Shown here one piece after another: positions 8,430 to 19,627 of a stretch of 64,000 nucleotides of DNA. The notes below the pieces were generated by a model. That model was not told where the DNA came from and did not search any database. It was given only the letters and a program-made list of their open reading frames with translations. The number at the start of each line of letters is the position of its first letter. Positions within the stretch are counted from its first letter, which is position 1. The stretch comes from Rhodothermales bacterium (GTDB lineage: Bacteria; Bacteroidota; Rhodothermia; Rhodothermales; Bin80), in NCBI GenBank assembly GCA_965220935.1, contig OZ244857.1, positions 1,672,929 to 1,736,928 on the forward strand, written 5' to 3'. A program made the translations under genes and the position numbers.

Positions 8430-10670
8430 TCAATACCGTCGACGCGGTCCTCCTCTGGAATGTCCCCGCCGGTTGTTTCCTCTATAACTTGATGCCGATC
8501 CGCCTCGTTGAGGGCGAGGGCCCTGTTTATAATTCGCTGGCCGGGGTACCGTCACTTTATGGCTGAGACGAAGCCTCCCACGGTCACGAATTTCCATAAG
8601 TCTGACCGTAAGCCTATCTCCGACCTGTACAAAATCATGAGGGCTGTTTACCCATTCCCATGAAAGTTCGCTCTTGTGCACCATGCCCTCTTTCCCTGGC
8701 AAAATCTCAACAATCGCGCCAATATCTGTAACACTCCGCACAGTGCCTTCATATTCTTCACCAACCACTGGCATGACAACTAAAGAGCGAATAATTTCAA
8801 TTGCATGCTCAACTGAGTTCTCATCTGAACCCGCAATCGTTACATATCCCAAATTATCCCTTTCTTCTACCTCAATGATAACCCCCGTATCAGCCTGAAT
8901 TCCCCTGACGATCTTTCCTCCTGGCCCAATAATTGCACCAATTAAATCACTATCTATCGTGATCTGAGTGAGTCGGGGGGCATGAGGAGACATCTGATCC
9001 CTTGGAGTTTCTAAAGTCTCATCCATTATATCAAGGATATGCAATCTTGCATCTCTAGCCTGCTGCAGTGCCTGCAACATGACATCGCGTGAAAGACCGC
9101 TGATCTTGATATCCATCTGGCAGGCAGTGATCCCGTCACGTGTGCCAGTAACCTTGAAATCCATGTCTCCGAGATGATCCTCTGTCCCAAGAATGTCTGT
9201 CAGGACAACATGCCGGTTTTCATCGGCAATCATTCCCATAGCAACACCCGCGACTGCTTTACGAAGAGGGACACCAGCATCCATCAGTGCAAGACTCCCA
9301 GAACAAACACTCGCCATGGATGATGAACCATTAGATTCCAGAACATCTGCGTTCACACGGATCGTATATGGAAACTCGTCCTGATCTGGAATCATTCCCT
9401 GTAATGCACGCTCTGCTAAGTATCCATGTCCAATTTCACGCCGACTAGCTCCTCGTAAAAATTTGACTTCGCCCGTTGAGAATGGCGGAAATTCATAGTG
9501 GAGAAAGAAATGCTTGTCCTCTTGGTCAAATACTTGATCAACAGGCTGCTGATCGCGTGTTGTGCCAAGCGTGACCGATGCCATCACCTGAGTTTCACCA
9601 CGAGTAAATATGGACGAACCATGCACGCGCGGCAGATACCCCGCCTCACACCATATAGGCCTGACAGATTCAGGATCACGACCGTCAATTCTTCGGTGAT
9701 CGGCCATGACCATTTCACGCATAACATCTCGTGAAACAACCGATGCAGCACCACGAATGTGATGTTCAACAGAGTCGAGGTCATCCTCGGGGAACTCAGC
9801 AGAAATTGTTTCTACGGCTTCTTCAACAAGATCAGAAAGCCCACCATAGAATTTTTTCTTTTCATAAGGTGCTCGAATGTGAGACTCTATCTTGAATTGA
9901 ATGAGTTCCCGGACTCTCTGAACCATTTCTGGTTCAGGAACATCAACTTCATATTCCATAGACTCTATCAGGCCATGTGTCGCTTCAAATTGAGACTGTA
10001 AATCAAGTTGAGATTGACAGATCTTTTTGATAACCACATGGGCGGTGGCCAGCGCCTCAACAATTTCTTCTTCTGAACATTCATTCATTTCCCCCTCTAC
10101 CATCATAATTGCATCTGTTTTCCCTGCGACCACCAGATTAAAGTCACTTGACCTTAATTCGTCAACTGTCGGGTTCACAATAAATGCGCCGCCAATACGA
10201 CCAATCCGAACTTCAACAATTGGCCCGTCAAAAGGGGAGCCAGAGAGCATCAGAGCTGCCGATGCGCCAATTCCGTATAGCATATCGCCATCGTTCTCAC
10301 CATCGGCGGAAATAACCGACCCGATGAGTTGGACCTCATTTCGGAAGCCCTCGGGAAACAAAGGCCTGATAGCACGGTCAACAAGTCGAGACGTAAGAAT
10401 CTCCTTGTCATTGAGTCGTCCCTCTCGTTTGATAAACCCGCCTGGAATTTTACCTCCAGATGCGAATTTTTCACGGTAATCCACAGTCAGTGGAAAAAAG
10501 TTGTGACCAGATCGCGCGGAATCTGAAATCACAGCCGTCGCTATGACCATTGTATCACCAGCCCGCACTATTACAGCACCTCCAGCTTGCTTGGCCAGTC
10601 TACCCGTTTCTATTGTTATTACTTTGCCAGGTGCATACTCTGTCTGCACCGTTATTGCTTTAGGTTTCAT
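8430..10670 (-). CDS. pnp: Polyribonucleotide nucleotidyltransferase (PNPase)
   Basis: 746 aa with two RNase PH domains, KH and S1 domains (EGTVRSVTDIGAIVEILPGKEGMVHKSEL), and an Arg/Gly-rich C-terminal tail. It sits in the conserved position downstream of rpsO. Confidence 0.95.
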   Translation of the reverse strand: MKPKAITVQTEYAPGKVITIETGRLAKQAGGAVIVRAGDTMVIATAVISDSARSGHNFFPLTVDYREKFASGGKIPGGFIKREGRLNDKEILTSRLVDRAIRPLFPEGFRNEVQLIGSVISADGENDGDMLYGIGASAALMLSGSPFDGPIVEVRIGRIGGAFIVNPTVDELRSSDFNLVVAGKTDAIMMVEGEMNECSEEEIVEALATAHVVIKKICQSQLDLQSQFEATHGLIESMEYEVDVPEPEMVQRVRELIQFKIESHIRAPYEKKKFYGGLSDLVEEAVETISAEFPEDDLDSVEHHIRGAASVVSRDVMREMVMADHRRIDGRDPESVRPIWCEAGYLPRVHGSSIFTRGETQVMASVTLGTTRDQQPVDQVFDQEDKHFFLHYEFPPFSTGEVKFLRGASRREIGHGYLAERALQGMIPDQDEFPYTIRVNADVLESNGSSSMASVCSGSLALMDAGVPLRKAVAGVAMGMIADENRHVVLTDILGTEDHLGDMDFKVTGTRDGITACQMDIKISGLSRDVMLQALQQARDARLHILDIMDETLETPRDQMSPHAPRLTQITIDSDLIGAIIGPGGKIVRGIQADTGVIIEVEERDNLGYVTIAGSDENSVEHAIEIIRSLVVMPVVGEEYEGTVRSVTDIGAIVEILPGKEGMVHKSELSWEWVNSPHDFVQVGDRLTVRLMEIRDRGRLRLSHKVTVPRPANYKQGPRPQRGGSASSYRGNNRRGHSRGGPRRRY

Positions 10671-10729
10671 CTATCCTCTTTAAATTTATGTTCTCTGAAC
10701 AGCTGTTAATGAAGTTCAGAAAACCGTGC

Positions 10730-10996
10730 CTACTTTCGTAGACCCAATGCCTTAGCTATAGTCCGATAACGCTCAATATCCTTATTCATCAAGTAGTTGA
10801 GCATTCTACGACGCTTACCAACGAGTTTCAATAGTCCGTGTCTCGTTGCATGATCTTTCTTGTTTCTGTTCAAATGTTGCGTCAAATGACGAATTCGTTC
10901 CGAGAAAATCGCAATCTGAACTTCGGCCGTTCCCGTATCCGTGGGGCCACTACCATATTTTGTAGCAAATTCTTCTGTCTGTTCTTTTGTTATCAT
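10730..10996 (-). CDS. rpsO: 30S ribosomal protein S15
   Basis: 88 aa containing [53 protein letters not shown]. Confidence 0.95.
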   Translation of the reverse strand: MITKEQTEEFATKYGSGPTDTGTAEVQIAIFSERIRHLTQHLNRNKKDHATRHGLLKLVGKRRRMLNYLMNKDIERYRTIAKALGLRK

Positions 10997-11087
10997 CCTG
11001 TTGTTATAAAATGCCTTGTACTAATCTGGTCCATGTCATACACCTCTATCAAAGGGTAAATGATGTTGACTTGATAAAATCAACACA

Positions 11088-12035
11088 TCAAACCAGATGC
11101 CAATGAGAGTGTTCCAAAATCGCTCTTGAAATCTTTTCGTCCCCCATCATGGCCGCCCGAAGTTCGTCTAATGAGTCAAAATATTGCTGATCACGAATCT
11201 TCTCAATGAAATAAACCGTTAACTCTTTTCCGTAAATAGACCCCTTAAAGTCTAGCAAATGGACCTCTAAATGAACCCCCTCACTATCTTCTATGGCCGG
11301 CCGCGTTCCAATACTCATGATACCACCCCTGCGCTGACCAGAGACATCAACACTGACCACATAAACGCCGTGCGCGGGAATCACTTTATCAGGATCTATA
11401 AGGGTAATATTTGCAGTTGGATACCCCAAGTTCCGCCCTCTCCCATCTCCATAAACCACATTTCCAGTGAGTGTGTAAGGGGATGTTAATAATGTTGCTG
11501 CGCGAGCGACATCTCCATTTTCTTGGAGTAGATCTCGAATTTTGCGAGATGAAACCACCGACCCATCTACAGAATGAGGGGAAACCGTCAAAACACTGAA
11601 GTTCAGAAGTTTTCCCTGAGAGATAAGTAAATTCAGATCTCCTTTACGATCATTACCGAATCGGTGATCATAGCCGATCACAATGCTATCAAGTCCTATA
11701 GATTTGACAAGAAATTCTGTTATAAACTGTGTTGCACTTAACTGAGAGAATTCATGAGTAAATGGCACGACCACCATTCGGTCTATTCCAAGAGAAGATA
11801 AAATTGATTCACGCTCATTGATCGTTGTAAGTTTGGGTGTTTTTTCTCCCAGTAGCACCTCGCGCGGATGGGGATCAAAGGTGATTAAACTGCTGAACCC
11901 ATTGTACTTTTGGGCGAGCGCCATGAGATGGCTAATAATTTTACGATGTCCCAAATGGATCCCATCAAAGATGCCGACGGTAACGATACTGTGATCATGC
12001 CGTGTCACTGAGTCAAGCCCCTGCTCAAAGATCAT
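11088..12035 (-). CDS. ribF: Bifunctional riboflavin kinase / FMN adenylyltransferase
   Basis: 315 aa with VGIFDGIHLGHRKII, LGYPTANI, and a C-terminal riboflavin kinase domain. It overlaps truB by 4 nt. Confidence 0.9.
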   Translation of the reverse strand: MIFEQGLDSVTRHDHSIVTVGIFDGIHLGHRKIISHLMALAQKYNGFSSLITFDPHPREVLLGEKTPKLTTINERESILSSLGIDRMVVVPFTHEFSQLSATQFITEFLVKSIGLDSIVIGYDHRFGNDRKGDLNLLISQGKLLNFSVLTVSPHSVDGSVVSSRKIRDLLQENGDVARAATLLTSPYTLTGNVVYGDGRGRNLGYPTANITLIDPDKVIPAHGVYVVSVDVSGQRRGGIMSIGTRPAIEDSEGVHLEVHLLDFKGSIYGKELTVYFIEKIRDQQYFDSLDELRAAMMGDEKISRAILEHSHWHLV

Positions 12036-12823
12036 GAGTTTTCAAGTGTATTGATGAGATCATTGAGCTGTAATGCTTGTTGAACATGGTAGCAACCTAT
12101 TGCGGTTCGTCGTAGCGCAATGAGGTGCGCTCCAACACCTAAGGTTTGTCCTATATCGTGGGCTAATACCCTAATATAGGTTCCTTTGCTACACTCCACT
12201 GAAAAACGAATATCCGTACCACTGACATCCAGGATCTCTGCAGTATAAACTGTCACAAGATTGGGCTTGCGAGAAATTGTTTGTCCACGCCTTGCCTTTT
12301 TATAAAGTCGCTCTCCTTGAACCTTGATCGCAGAATACATGGGTGGAATCTGCTCAATGGTGCCAATCTGATTTTCAATCGCACATTGAATTTGCTCTGC
12401 TGTGATGCCAGAAATACATTTTTGCTCAGTCACCTCGGTTTCTGAATCCATTGATGGCGTCGTTTGTCCCAGGCACATGGTTGCTTGATATCGTTTTGAT
12501 AGATTCATAAACGCCTGTTGAGACTTGGTTGCTTTTCCAAATAATAGGATCAATAAGCCTGTGGCTAAAGGGTCAAGCGTTCCAGCATGCCCGATCTTGG
12601 TTGACTTTGGAAAATATCTCTTTAACCGTCTAATGCAATCGTAAGATGTCCATCCAGTTGGCTTATCTAGTAAGAGTGCAGATCCCATCAAGCCAGCGGC
12701 AGATTGGAGGCTTGCCATCAAGGACACATCCAGTACATCTACCGATTCAAGGCGTAGTAACGTCATCTGTTTATCAATTCTAGTCGCGAGAGGGGCTCTG
12801 CCTGAAAAATTAACGCCTATCAA
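12032..12823 (-). CDS. truB: tRNA pseudouridine(55) synthase
   Basis: Contains LLLDKPTGWTSYD and GHAGTLDPLATGLLILL. The true start is probably internal (for example M at MGSALLLDKP), so the 5' end is uncertain. Confidence 0.9.
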   Translation of the reverse strand: MIGVNFSGRAPLATRIDKQMTLLRLESVDVLDVSLMASLQSAAGLMGSALLLDKPTGWTSYDCIRRLKRYFPKSTKIGHAGTLDPLATGLLILLFGKATKSQQAFMNLSKRYQATMCLGQTTPSMDSETEVTEQKCISGITAEQIQCAIENQIGTIEQIPPMYSAIKVQGERLYKKARRGQTISRKPNLVTVYTAEILDVSGTDIRFSVECSKGTYIRVLAHDIGQTLGVGAHLIALRRTAIGCYHVQQALQLNDLINTLENS

Positions 12824-12856
12824 TGAAATAAGTTAATATCCACACATTAAATTGGA

Positions 12857-13213
12857 TTACGAGTTTGAACGTGTCACGTTAATCTTCTCAAACAACGCAT
12901 CAATGTGCTGAATGTGTTCCTGAGAGTTATCTAAAAAAAATCTAATCTCAGGAATCGTACGCAACTGATGTCGCATCCTCAGTGCAAGAGATTTTCGGAT
13001 GGATGGAATCTGATTAACAATCAAGTCAAAGATTTCTTGACGAGATTCCGATGTGTCACTCATGACGCTAAGATCAACATTGGCAATTGAGAGGTCACGC
13101 GTCACGCGAACGCCTGTCACAGTGACGATCATAGGGGTATAACACTCGCGTGCAAGGATCTCCGCAATTTCGCGGTGCATTAACTTAGCAACGCGCTGCG
13201 TTCGCACGCTCAT
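12857..13213 (-). CDS. rbfA: Ribosome-binding factor A
   Basis: 118 aa with R.QRVAKLMHREIAEIL and ...IPEIRFFLD. It sits in the conserved infB-rbfA-truB context. Confidence 0.9.
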   Translation of the reverse strand: MSVRTQRVAKLMHREIAEILARECYTPMIVTVTGVRVTRDLSIANVDLSVMSDTSESRQEIFDLIVNQIPSIRKSLALRMRHQLRTIPEIRFFLDNSQEHIQHIDALFEKINVTRSNS

Positions 13214-13215
13214 GA

Positions 13216-16044
13216 CTATGATTGGACCTCAAGTGTACGTTTCGTATGAACCATCTCAAAGGCTTCAATTTGATCTCCGACTTTGATATCATTATAATTC
13301 TCTACACCTATGCCACATTCATAGCCCGTTAAAACTTCGCGTACATCCTCTTTAAAGCGCCGTAAAGATGCCAGTCGTCCCTTGTAGATGACGATTCCCT
13401 CTCTTAACACATGAACTGTATCCGCTCGGCGGATACGACCTTCGGATATATAACAGCCTCCAACTGCACCAATTTTAGGTACTTTGAATATCTCTCGCAC
13501 CTCTGCGACTCCGATAATTTTTTCTGACTCTTCGGGAGTGAGCAATCCTTCAAGCGCATCTCTCACATCTTCAATTGCATCGTAAATGATTGAATAGGTT
13601 CGTATATCAATTTCTTCTCGCTCTGACGCTGATCTTGCACCAGCAGTGGGGCGTACCTGAAATCCAATGATCACAGCATCGGAAGCGGAAGCAAGCATCA
13701 CATCGCTTTCTGTAATGGCCCCTACCCCGGCATGAATAATGTTGACGGCCACCTCATCGGTGGAAATTTTATGAAGCGAATCACTGATGGCTTCTACTGA
13801 GCCACCAACATCCGCTTTGATAATGAGATTGAGTTCATTAAAGTCACCAAGTGCCATTCGGCGCCCAACATCTTCAAGTCGAACATGTTTGTACTGACGC
13901 ATCTTCTGCTCACGCCAAATCTGTTGACGTCGTTGAGCGACATCACGGGCTTCTGCTTCCTCATTCATGCCAGCAAGTTGATCTCCCACAGTAGGTTGGC
14001 CTGGAAGCCCCAGAACCAATGCTGGTTCGCTCGGACCGACTGATTTGATCTGATGATCACGTTCGTCAAACATCGCACGAACTCGTCCACCATAAATGCC
14101 AGCGACGAATGGATCCCCTACTCTGAGCGTTCCATTTTGAACAAGAACCGTTGCCACATTACCTCGTCCTCGATCCAGTCGACTCTCTATGACAATTCCT
14201 ATAGCGTGGCGTTTCGGATTCCCCTTTAACTCCATGAGATCTGCCTCAAGAAGTACTTTTTCTAGGAGGTCATCAATCCCCTCTCCTGTCTTGGCAGATA
14301 CGAATGCGCATTGAACCTTACCCCCATATTGCTCAACTAAGACTCCATGATCAGACAGTTCTTTCATGACCCGTTGGACATCTGCCTGCTCTAAGTCAAT
14401 CTTGTTGATTGCGATAATTAGCGGAACACCAGCAGCTTTGGAATGGTTGATCGCTTCAATGGTCTGAGGCATGACGGAATCATTGGCGGCTACAACCAAG
14501 ATGACTACATCTGTCACTTTGGCTCCACGGGCTCTCATCGCTGTAAACGCCTCATGTCCAGGTGTGTCAAGGAATGTGACCACCCGATGATCGTCAAGCG
14601 AAACCTTGTATGCGCCAATATGCTGAGTAATTCCTCCCGATTCTCCAGCAGCGACACTTGCGTTACGAACATAGTCAAGCAAAGAGGTTTTGCCATGATC
14701 CACATGTCCCATGACCGTCACTACTGGAGCACGAGGGATCAAATCTTCGGGGTGATCCTCGTCGATGTTAATATCCTCGTCGCCAAATTCTGTAATGAAT
14801 TCAATGGTATAATCAAACTCATCAGCAACGTAAGCGATGGTATCTGCATCAAGTCGTTGATTGATGGATACCATCATCCCAGAGCTAAATAACATACTGA
14901 TGACATCCGTAACGGGAATGCCCATCAAGTCCGCAAGCTCACCAGTGGCAATGAACTCGGTGACTCGTATGTGGCGATCTTTCTCTTCTTGTTCAACCTG
15001 GACATTAAGACGCTCCTCAGCACGTTGCTGTCGACGCGCTCGTCGACGTCGCTGGCGCACCCTAGCAGTCCCTTGGTCAAGACTCCGTAATGTCTCTTGA
15101 ACGGACTGACCAACCGCCTCGGAGTCTATCTTTGATTTTCGCTTTGACTTTCCACTAGTTTTCTTGTCTGGATCGGTAGACTTGCCATCGGATTGGTTTG
15201 TAGACTTCTGAGTAGATGAAGTTACTTTTTTACGCTTACGTTTTCGTTTACGCTTTCGCCTTCCTGCAGCCTCATCATCGGTCTCTACAGTTGCGAGATC
15301 AATTTTACCAATAATTTTTGTGCCCTGAAGTTGATACCTATCGGCAGAAATGATTGTATCTTCATCTGAAGATTCAAGTTTTTCAATTTGCGTATTTAGT
15401 TGATCATCGGAGGCTGGGAGCGATATATCCTGATCAATCTGCTTAGCTTCATCAGGTGCTATCTCACCTTGATTAGAGTCCGCCTGAGAATCAAGAGCTT
15501 CGTCAATCGCTGGATCTGCGGATTCAACCTCCTCCTGCTGAATATCTTCTTCCTCTGATTCCTCTTCAATTGGGTCAGTCGTAGCTTCATCAATCTGCCC
15601 TGAGACGGGCTCTTGTTCAATGGCTGATTCCTCTGTGATCAGGTCAGCCTCTTCCTTTTTGAGGGCTTCCAGTTCATCCGAGGGTTCGGACAGAATCGCA
15701 GTGTCATCGGTTTCTGATGGTTCCACTGATTGAATTTCTTCACTACTCTCCTCTAAATCAACATCATTAGTTTTTTGATATTCTTCGGCGCGCTGGGCTT
15801 CTCTAATTGAGCGGAGTTCTCGAATACGGGCATGATCCTTCACATCCTCAGCAAAATGTTCTAATAAATCAAGGTATGCATCTTCGGACGTGATTGCAGC
15901 CCGAATACCAGAACCAGATAATGCATCAGCATATCCATGTTCTTCTATATACTCGACAATTGTATCAGTTGTCCGATTTAATTCCCTTGATACTTTATGG
16001 AGGGGAATTTTTTTGAATTTCTTGGCTGAGTCAGTTGAAGGCAT
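13216..16044 (-). CDS. infB: Translation initiation factor IF-2
   Basis: 942 aa with G-domain motifs [20 protein letters not shown] and NKID. The N-terminal region has acidic and then KR-rich low complexity ([12 protein letters not shown]). Confidence 0.95.
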   Translation of the reverse strand: MPSTDSAKKFKKIPLHKVSRELNRTTDTIVEYIEEHGYADALSGSGIRAAITSEDAYLDLLEHFAEDVKDHARIRELRSIREAQRAEEYQKTNDVDLEESSEEIQSVEPSETDDTAILSEPSDELEALKKEEADLITEESAIEQEPVSGQIDEATTDPIEEESEEEDIQQEEVESADPAIDEALDSQADSNQGEIAPDEAKQIDQDISLPASDDQLNTQIEKLESSDEDTIISADRYQLQGTKIIGKIDLATVETDDEAAGRRKRKRKRKRKKVTSSTQKSTNQSDGKSTDPDKKTSGKSKRKSKIDSEAVGQSVQETLRSLDQGTARVRQRRRRARRQQRAEERLNVQVEQEEKDRHIRVTEFIATGELADLMGIPVTDVISMLFSSGMMVSINQRLDADTIAYVADEFDYTIEFITEFGDEDINIDEDHPEDLIPRAPVVTVMGHVDHGKTSLLDYVRNASVAAGESGGITQHIGAYKVSLDDHRVVTFLDTPGHEAFTAMRARGAKVTDVVILVVAANDSVMPQTIEAINHSKAAGVPLIIAINKIDLEQADVQRVMKELSDHGVLVEQYGGKVQCAFVSAKTGEGIDDLLEKVLLEADLMELKGNPKRHAIGIVIESRLDRGRGNVATVLVQNGTLRVGDPFVAGIYGGRVRAMFDERDHQIKSVGPSEPALVLGLPGQPTVGDQLAGMNEEAEARDVAQRRQQIWREQKMRQYKHVRLEDVGRRMALGDFNELNLIIKADVGGSVEAISDSLHKISTDEVAVNIIHAGVGAITESDVMLASASDAVIIGFQVRPTAGARSASEREEIDIRTYSIIYDAIEDVRDALEGLLTPEESEKIIGVAEVREIFKVPKIGAVGGCYISEGRIRRADTVHVLREGIVIYKGRLASLRRFKEDVREVLTGYECGIGVENYNDIKVGDQIEAFEMVHTKRTLEVQS

Positions 16045-16083
16045 TACGGTATTTTTTCTGTTTATAGTGGGATGAGAATCTCA

Positions 16084-17358
16084 CTATAAATTGAATTCTT
16101 CCTCCAGTTCTTCGTCTTCCTCAAATTCTGACTTAATTGAATCCATAATTCGTTTAGCAACCTCAGGATTTAAATTGCTTCGACGAATCAGTTCATCTAC
16201 GGATAACTGGAGAACTGCCTTGGCGGAATCACATCCAATTTCTCGAAGCGTGTTGATGATTTCTTGACTGAATTCATCGGAGAATTCTCCAATTTCTACA
16301 TCTTCTTCATCTCCAGGGATTTCTCTGAAAATGTCCAATTCCACACCAGTCATTCGGGCCGCAAGTCTAATATTGATTCCAAGCTTTCCGATAGCTTGGC
16401 TGACCTCGTCGGCTTTAACAATAACCTTGGCTTTCGGAGGATCTAGTGCATCATTGATGGTCACCGAAACTGGAGTGGACGGTGAGAGTGCACGCTTAAT
16501 CAGCAGAATAGGGTCCTCGGTCCATTCCATGACATCAATATTTTCATTACTGAGTTCACGAACAACTGCATGGATACGATTCCCTTTGAGTCCTACGCAG
16601 GCTCCGACGGGATCTATTCGTTCGTCATGCGTAATGACAGCAACTTTCGCCCGATCTCCTGGCTCTCGCACGATGGATTTGATTTCCACAATCGCTTCAT
16701 CAATTTCGGGGACTTCTAATTCAAACAGGCGCTCCATCAGCTGGGGTGCAGAACGACTAATGATCACTTGAGGGTTACTACTTGCATCTCTACGCACCTC
16801 TTTGACTATAGCACGGATGATATCTCCTTTTCGATAACGATCTCTGGGGATTTGCTCCTCACGAGGCATGATGAGTTCTACTCTATTGTGAATCACTAAT
16901 ATTTCACGTCTTCGAATCTGATAGACTTCACCGACGACTAATTCACCAACGAGATCGGTATAATCTTTATAGATATTATCTTTTTCATGATCTCGGATTC
17001 GGTTATGAAACGTATAACGTGCCGTCTGAACCGCGCGTCTGCCAAAACCAGAGATTGAAATCTCTTCGGCGACTTCATCATCCACCTCATAATCATCTTC
17101 AATCTTGACCGCATCATTGAGCTCAATTTGCGTCACTGGATCAACAAGATCATAATCTTCAACGACCTCACGAATATGGAGAATCTGCATATCCCCGTGA
17201 TCAGGATTAAAAATAATTTCAAACGCCTCATCAGAGCCAAAGCGAGTTTTAATCATGGCCCGCATGACATCTTCAACGATGAGTTGGAGCGAATCCCGGT
17301 CAATACCTTTCTCCCGGGCAATTTCTGCAAATGACGAAACAAGATCACTATTATTCAT
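16084..17358 (-). CDS. nusA: Transcription termination/antitermination factor NusA
   Basis: 424 aa with an S1 domain (GELVVGEVYQIRRREILV) and KH domains (GACVGLKGNRIHAVVREL). Confidence 0.95.
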   Translation of the reverse strand: MNNSDLVSSFAEIAREKGIDRDSLQLIVEDVMRAMIKTRFGSDEAFEIIFNPDHGDMQILHIREVVEDYDLVDPVTQIELNDAVKIEDDYEVDDEVAEEISISGFGRRAVQTARYTFHNRIRDHEKDNIYKDYTDLVGELVVGEVYQIRRREILVIHNRVELIMPREEQIPRDRYRKGDIIRAIVKEVRRDASSNPQVIISRSAPQLMERLFELEVPEIDEAIVEIKSIVREPGDRAKVAVITHDERIDPVGACVGLKGNRIHAVVRELSNENIDVMEWTEDPILLIKRALSPSTPVSVTINDALDPPKAKVIVKADEVSQAIGKLGINIRLAARMTGVELDIFREIPGDEEDVEIGEFSDEFSQEIINTLREIGCDSAKAVLQLSVDELIRRSNLNPEVAKRIMDSIKSEFEEDEELEEEFNL

Positions 17359-17378
17359 TACGAAATATTAAGGATTTC

Positions 17379-17840
17379 TTACCAAGGTAATTGAACTTTG
17401 GCCCACAGAATATCTTCAAAAAGAATCTCAACCTGTGAATTACCATTCTGAATCTGGATAAATGAGCCTTGGGCACCTACTAATTTGCCATGAACCTCTG
17501 TAGATGAATCTTTGTCTTTACGATAATGAACTCTCAGATCACGGCCTAGATGCTTCTGGTACTGTCGGGGGATTTGCAGTGAACGATCGGCGCCTGGGCT
17601 TGACACATTAAGGGTATAGGCACCAGGCATTACCTCTTCGGTATCCATCAAAAATCCAATCTCCCGGCTGATTTGAGCTAACAGATCAACTCCGAGGGTA
17701 TCATCACTCTCAACAAATACATCCACAGCGTGGGAGCCACGGCTACCCCGAACGCATAGATCAACCAAAAATACAGGCCCGTTATTCAGTAAGTCTTCAA
17801 CTAAGGTGCGAACGCGCCCCTCAAATCCAATCGTTTCCAT
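17379..17840 (-). CDS. rimP: Ribosome maturation factor RimP
   Basis: 153 aa located immediately upstream of nusA. It contains ...YTLNVSSPGADRSL..., the typical RimP core. Confidence 0.85.
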   Translation of the reverse strand: METIGFEGRVRTLVEDLLNNGPVFLVDLCVRGSRGSHAVDVFVESDDTLGVDLLAQISREIGFLMDTEEVMPGAYTLNVSSPGADRSLQIPRQYQKHLGRDLRVHYRKDKDSSTEVHGKLVGAQGSFIQIQNGNSQVEILFEDILWAKVQLPW

Positions 17841-17853
17841 AAATGATTATATT

Positions 17854-17885
17854 AAAAACGCCCAGTCTCGCAAACGTGACGGGCG
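17854..17885 (-). terminator. Intrinsic terminator/attenuator hairpin with a U-tract, 14 nt upstream of the rimP start
   Basis: The minus strand reads CGCCCGTC-acgtttgcga-GAC(T)GGGCG followed by TTTTTAATATAAT. This is a GC-rich 8-bp stem with one bulge followed by T5. It lies downstream of nadB and in the rimP-nusA leader. Confidence 0.55.
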
Positions 17886-18022
17886 GAGTTCAAGCAAATT
17901 AAACAAAAAAGGGCTCAAATTGAGCGCCTCTCTGCCGTCGGGTATCCAGTGCAAGTGGCAATCCATGTATGCAACTAGACACACAATAGGCATTTAACCA
18001 TCAATAAAATTCTTGGTTCCAA

Positions 18023-19627
18023 TCAAACCAGAGTTGGTCTTCGCTCTGTCTCTACTGTTTCTGGGTAATCCAATGTATAATGAAGTCCGCGGCTTTCTCT
18101 TCGCATCTGGGCGCTCTGAATAATGAGATAGGACACAGCGATTAGATTTCGGAGCTCACAGAGAGGGCTTGATATGCGGGTTCTGTTATAAAATTCTTCC
18201 ACTTCTTCATAGAGGAGGCGTGTTCGCCGCAGTGCGCGCGCTAACCTTAGATCGGAGCGTACAATTCCTACATAATTCCACATCGTCCGCTGTAATTCTT
18301 CACGGTTATGTGAAATGAGGACCCATTCACGTGGTCGCTGTGTCCCTGAGGCATCCCAGTCAGGAATGGGCTCTTGAATGGTTCGTTTTTCTGCAATTTT
18401 CGGAGCGACCTGAACAGCTCTCTGACCAAATACCAGCGCTTCTAGTAATGAGTTACTAGCGAGGCGATTCGCTCCGTGCAATCCAGTATAAGCAACCTCA
18501 CCAATGGCTAATAGTCCCGCAATACTGGTTCTGGCCATAGAATCTGTTTGGACACCTCCACACTGATAATGAGCAGCAGGGACCACAGGAATTGGATCTG
18601 TAATAGGATTAATTCCCAGTTTGCGGCATGTATTGACGATGAGGGGAAAAGATTCTTCTGTTTTGGTAGAATCAAGATGAGAGACATCAAGCAAGACATA
18701 ATCTTCGCCCCGATGTTTGAGCTGATCATCAATGGCGCGAGCAACAATGTCACGGGGGGCTAATTCGGCTCGAGAATCATACTGTTCCATAAATGCTTCT
18801 CCACTCTGATTCATCAGGATGCCTCCATGACCACGAACCGCTTCAGAGATTAGAAATGTGCGCCCTTTATGAGTCGTACCATGATACAGAGCCGTGGGAT
18901 GAAACTGAACAAACTCCATATTCGCCACGCGAGCTTTGGCGCGATATGCCATTGCAACCCCATCTCCGGTGGCAATGGAAGGGTTCGTGGTATGTTGGTA
19001 TACTGCGCAACAGCCGCCCGTTGCTAATATAGTTACGCGGGCAAGAAACGTATGAATGTCTTCGGATTTTTCATCTAAAACATAGGCACCATAGCAATTT
19101 ATGTCTGGGCGTAATTTTGTTACATGTTGCCCCAAATGATGATCGGTAATTAAGTCAACAGTGTAGTGGTAGTCGTACACTGTGATGTTGGGATGGGACA
19201 TGACCTTATCAAGAAGCACCCGGTCAATCTCGCGGCCTGTAGCGTCTTTTGCATGAAGAATTCTTGGGCGTGCATGGCCTGCCTCGCGTCCTAGATGTAG
19301 CCGCCCCTCACTTTTGGTGAATGACATACCCATCTTGATGAGCGATTGAATTTCTTTGGGGCCTTCGGTGACGACATCACGAACAATATCATGATCACAG
19401 AGTCCTGCCCCTGCAACGACCGTATCTTCAATATGGCTTTCGGTGGAATCATTTTCGTCCCATACCCCTGCGATCCCACCTTGAGCATAATTCGTGTTGG
19501 ATTCTGCGGTTTCTTTTTTCGTGATGATGGCAACTTGTGCATGATCTGCAACTCCAACAGAGAACCACAACCCAGCGATACCGCTTCCTATGACTAAATA
19601 ATCGTATTCGTAGCGGTGCGCCATCAA
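18023..19627 (-). CDS. nadB: L-aspartate oxidase
   Basis: 534 aa with YDYLVIGSGIAGL (FAD), FVQFHPTAL and GLHGANRLASNSLLE. Confidence 0.9.
   Translation of the reverse strand: MMAHRYEYDYLVIGSGIAGLWFSVGVADHAQVAIITKKETAESNTNYAQGGIAGVWDENDSTESHIEDTVVAGAGLCDHDIVRDVVTEGPKEIQSLIKMGMSFTKSEGRLHLGREAGHARPRILHAKDATGREIDRVLLDKVMSHPNITVYDYHYTVDLITDHHLGQHVTKLRPDINCYGAYVLDEKSEDIHTFLARVTILATGGCCAVYQHTTNPSIATGDGVAMAYRAKARVANMEFVQFHPTALYHGTTHKGRTFLISEAVRGHGGILMNQSGEAFMEQYDSRAELAPRDIVARAIDDQLKHRGEDYVLLDVSHLDSTKTEESFPLIVNTCRKLGINPITDPIPVVPAAHYQCGGVQTDSMARTSIAGLLAIGEVAYTGLHGANRLASNSLLEALVFGQRAVQVAPKIAEKRTIQEPIPDWDASGTQRPREWVLISHNREELQRTMWNYVGIVRSDLRLARALRRTRLLYEEVEEFYNRTRISSPLCELRNLIAVSYLIIQSAQMRRESRGLHYTLDYPETVETERRPTLV

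Noticed and set aside
10694-10720. Hairpin TCTGAAC-N13-GTTCAGA in the rpsO-pnp spacer, as a candidate rpsO terminator or RNase III autoregulation site for pnp.
   Set aside because: The stem is only 7 bp, AT-rich, and has no following U-tract on the minus strand. It is plausible by analogy with E. coli, but the sequence alone does not support a call.
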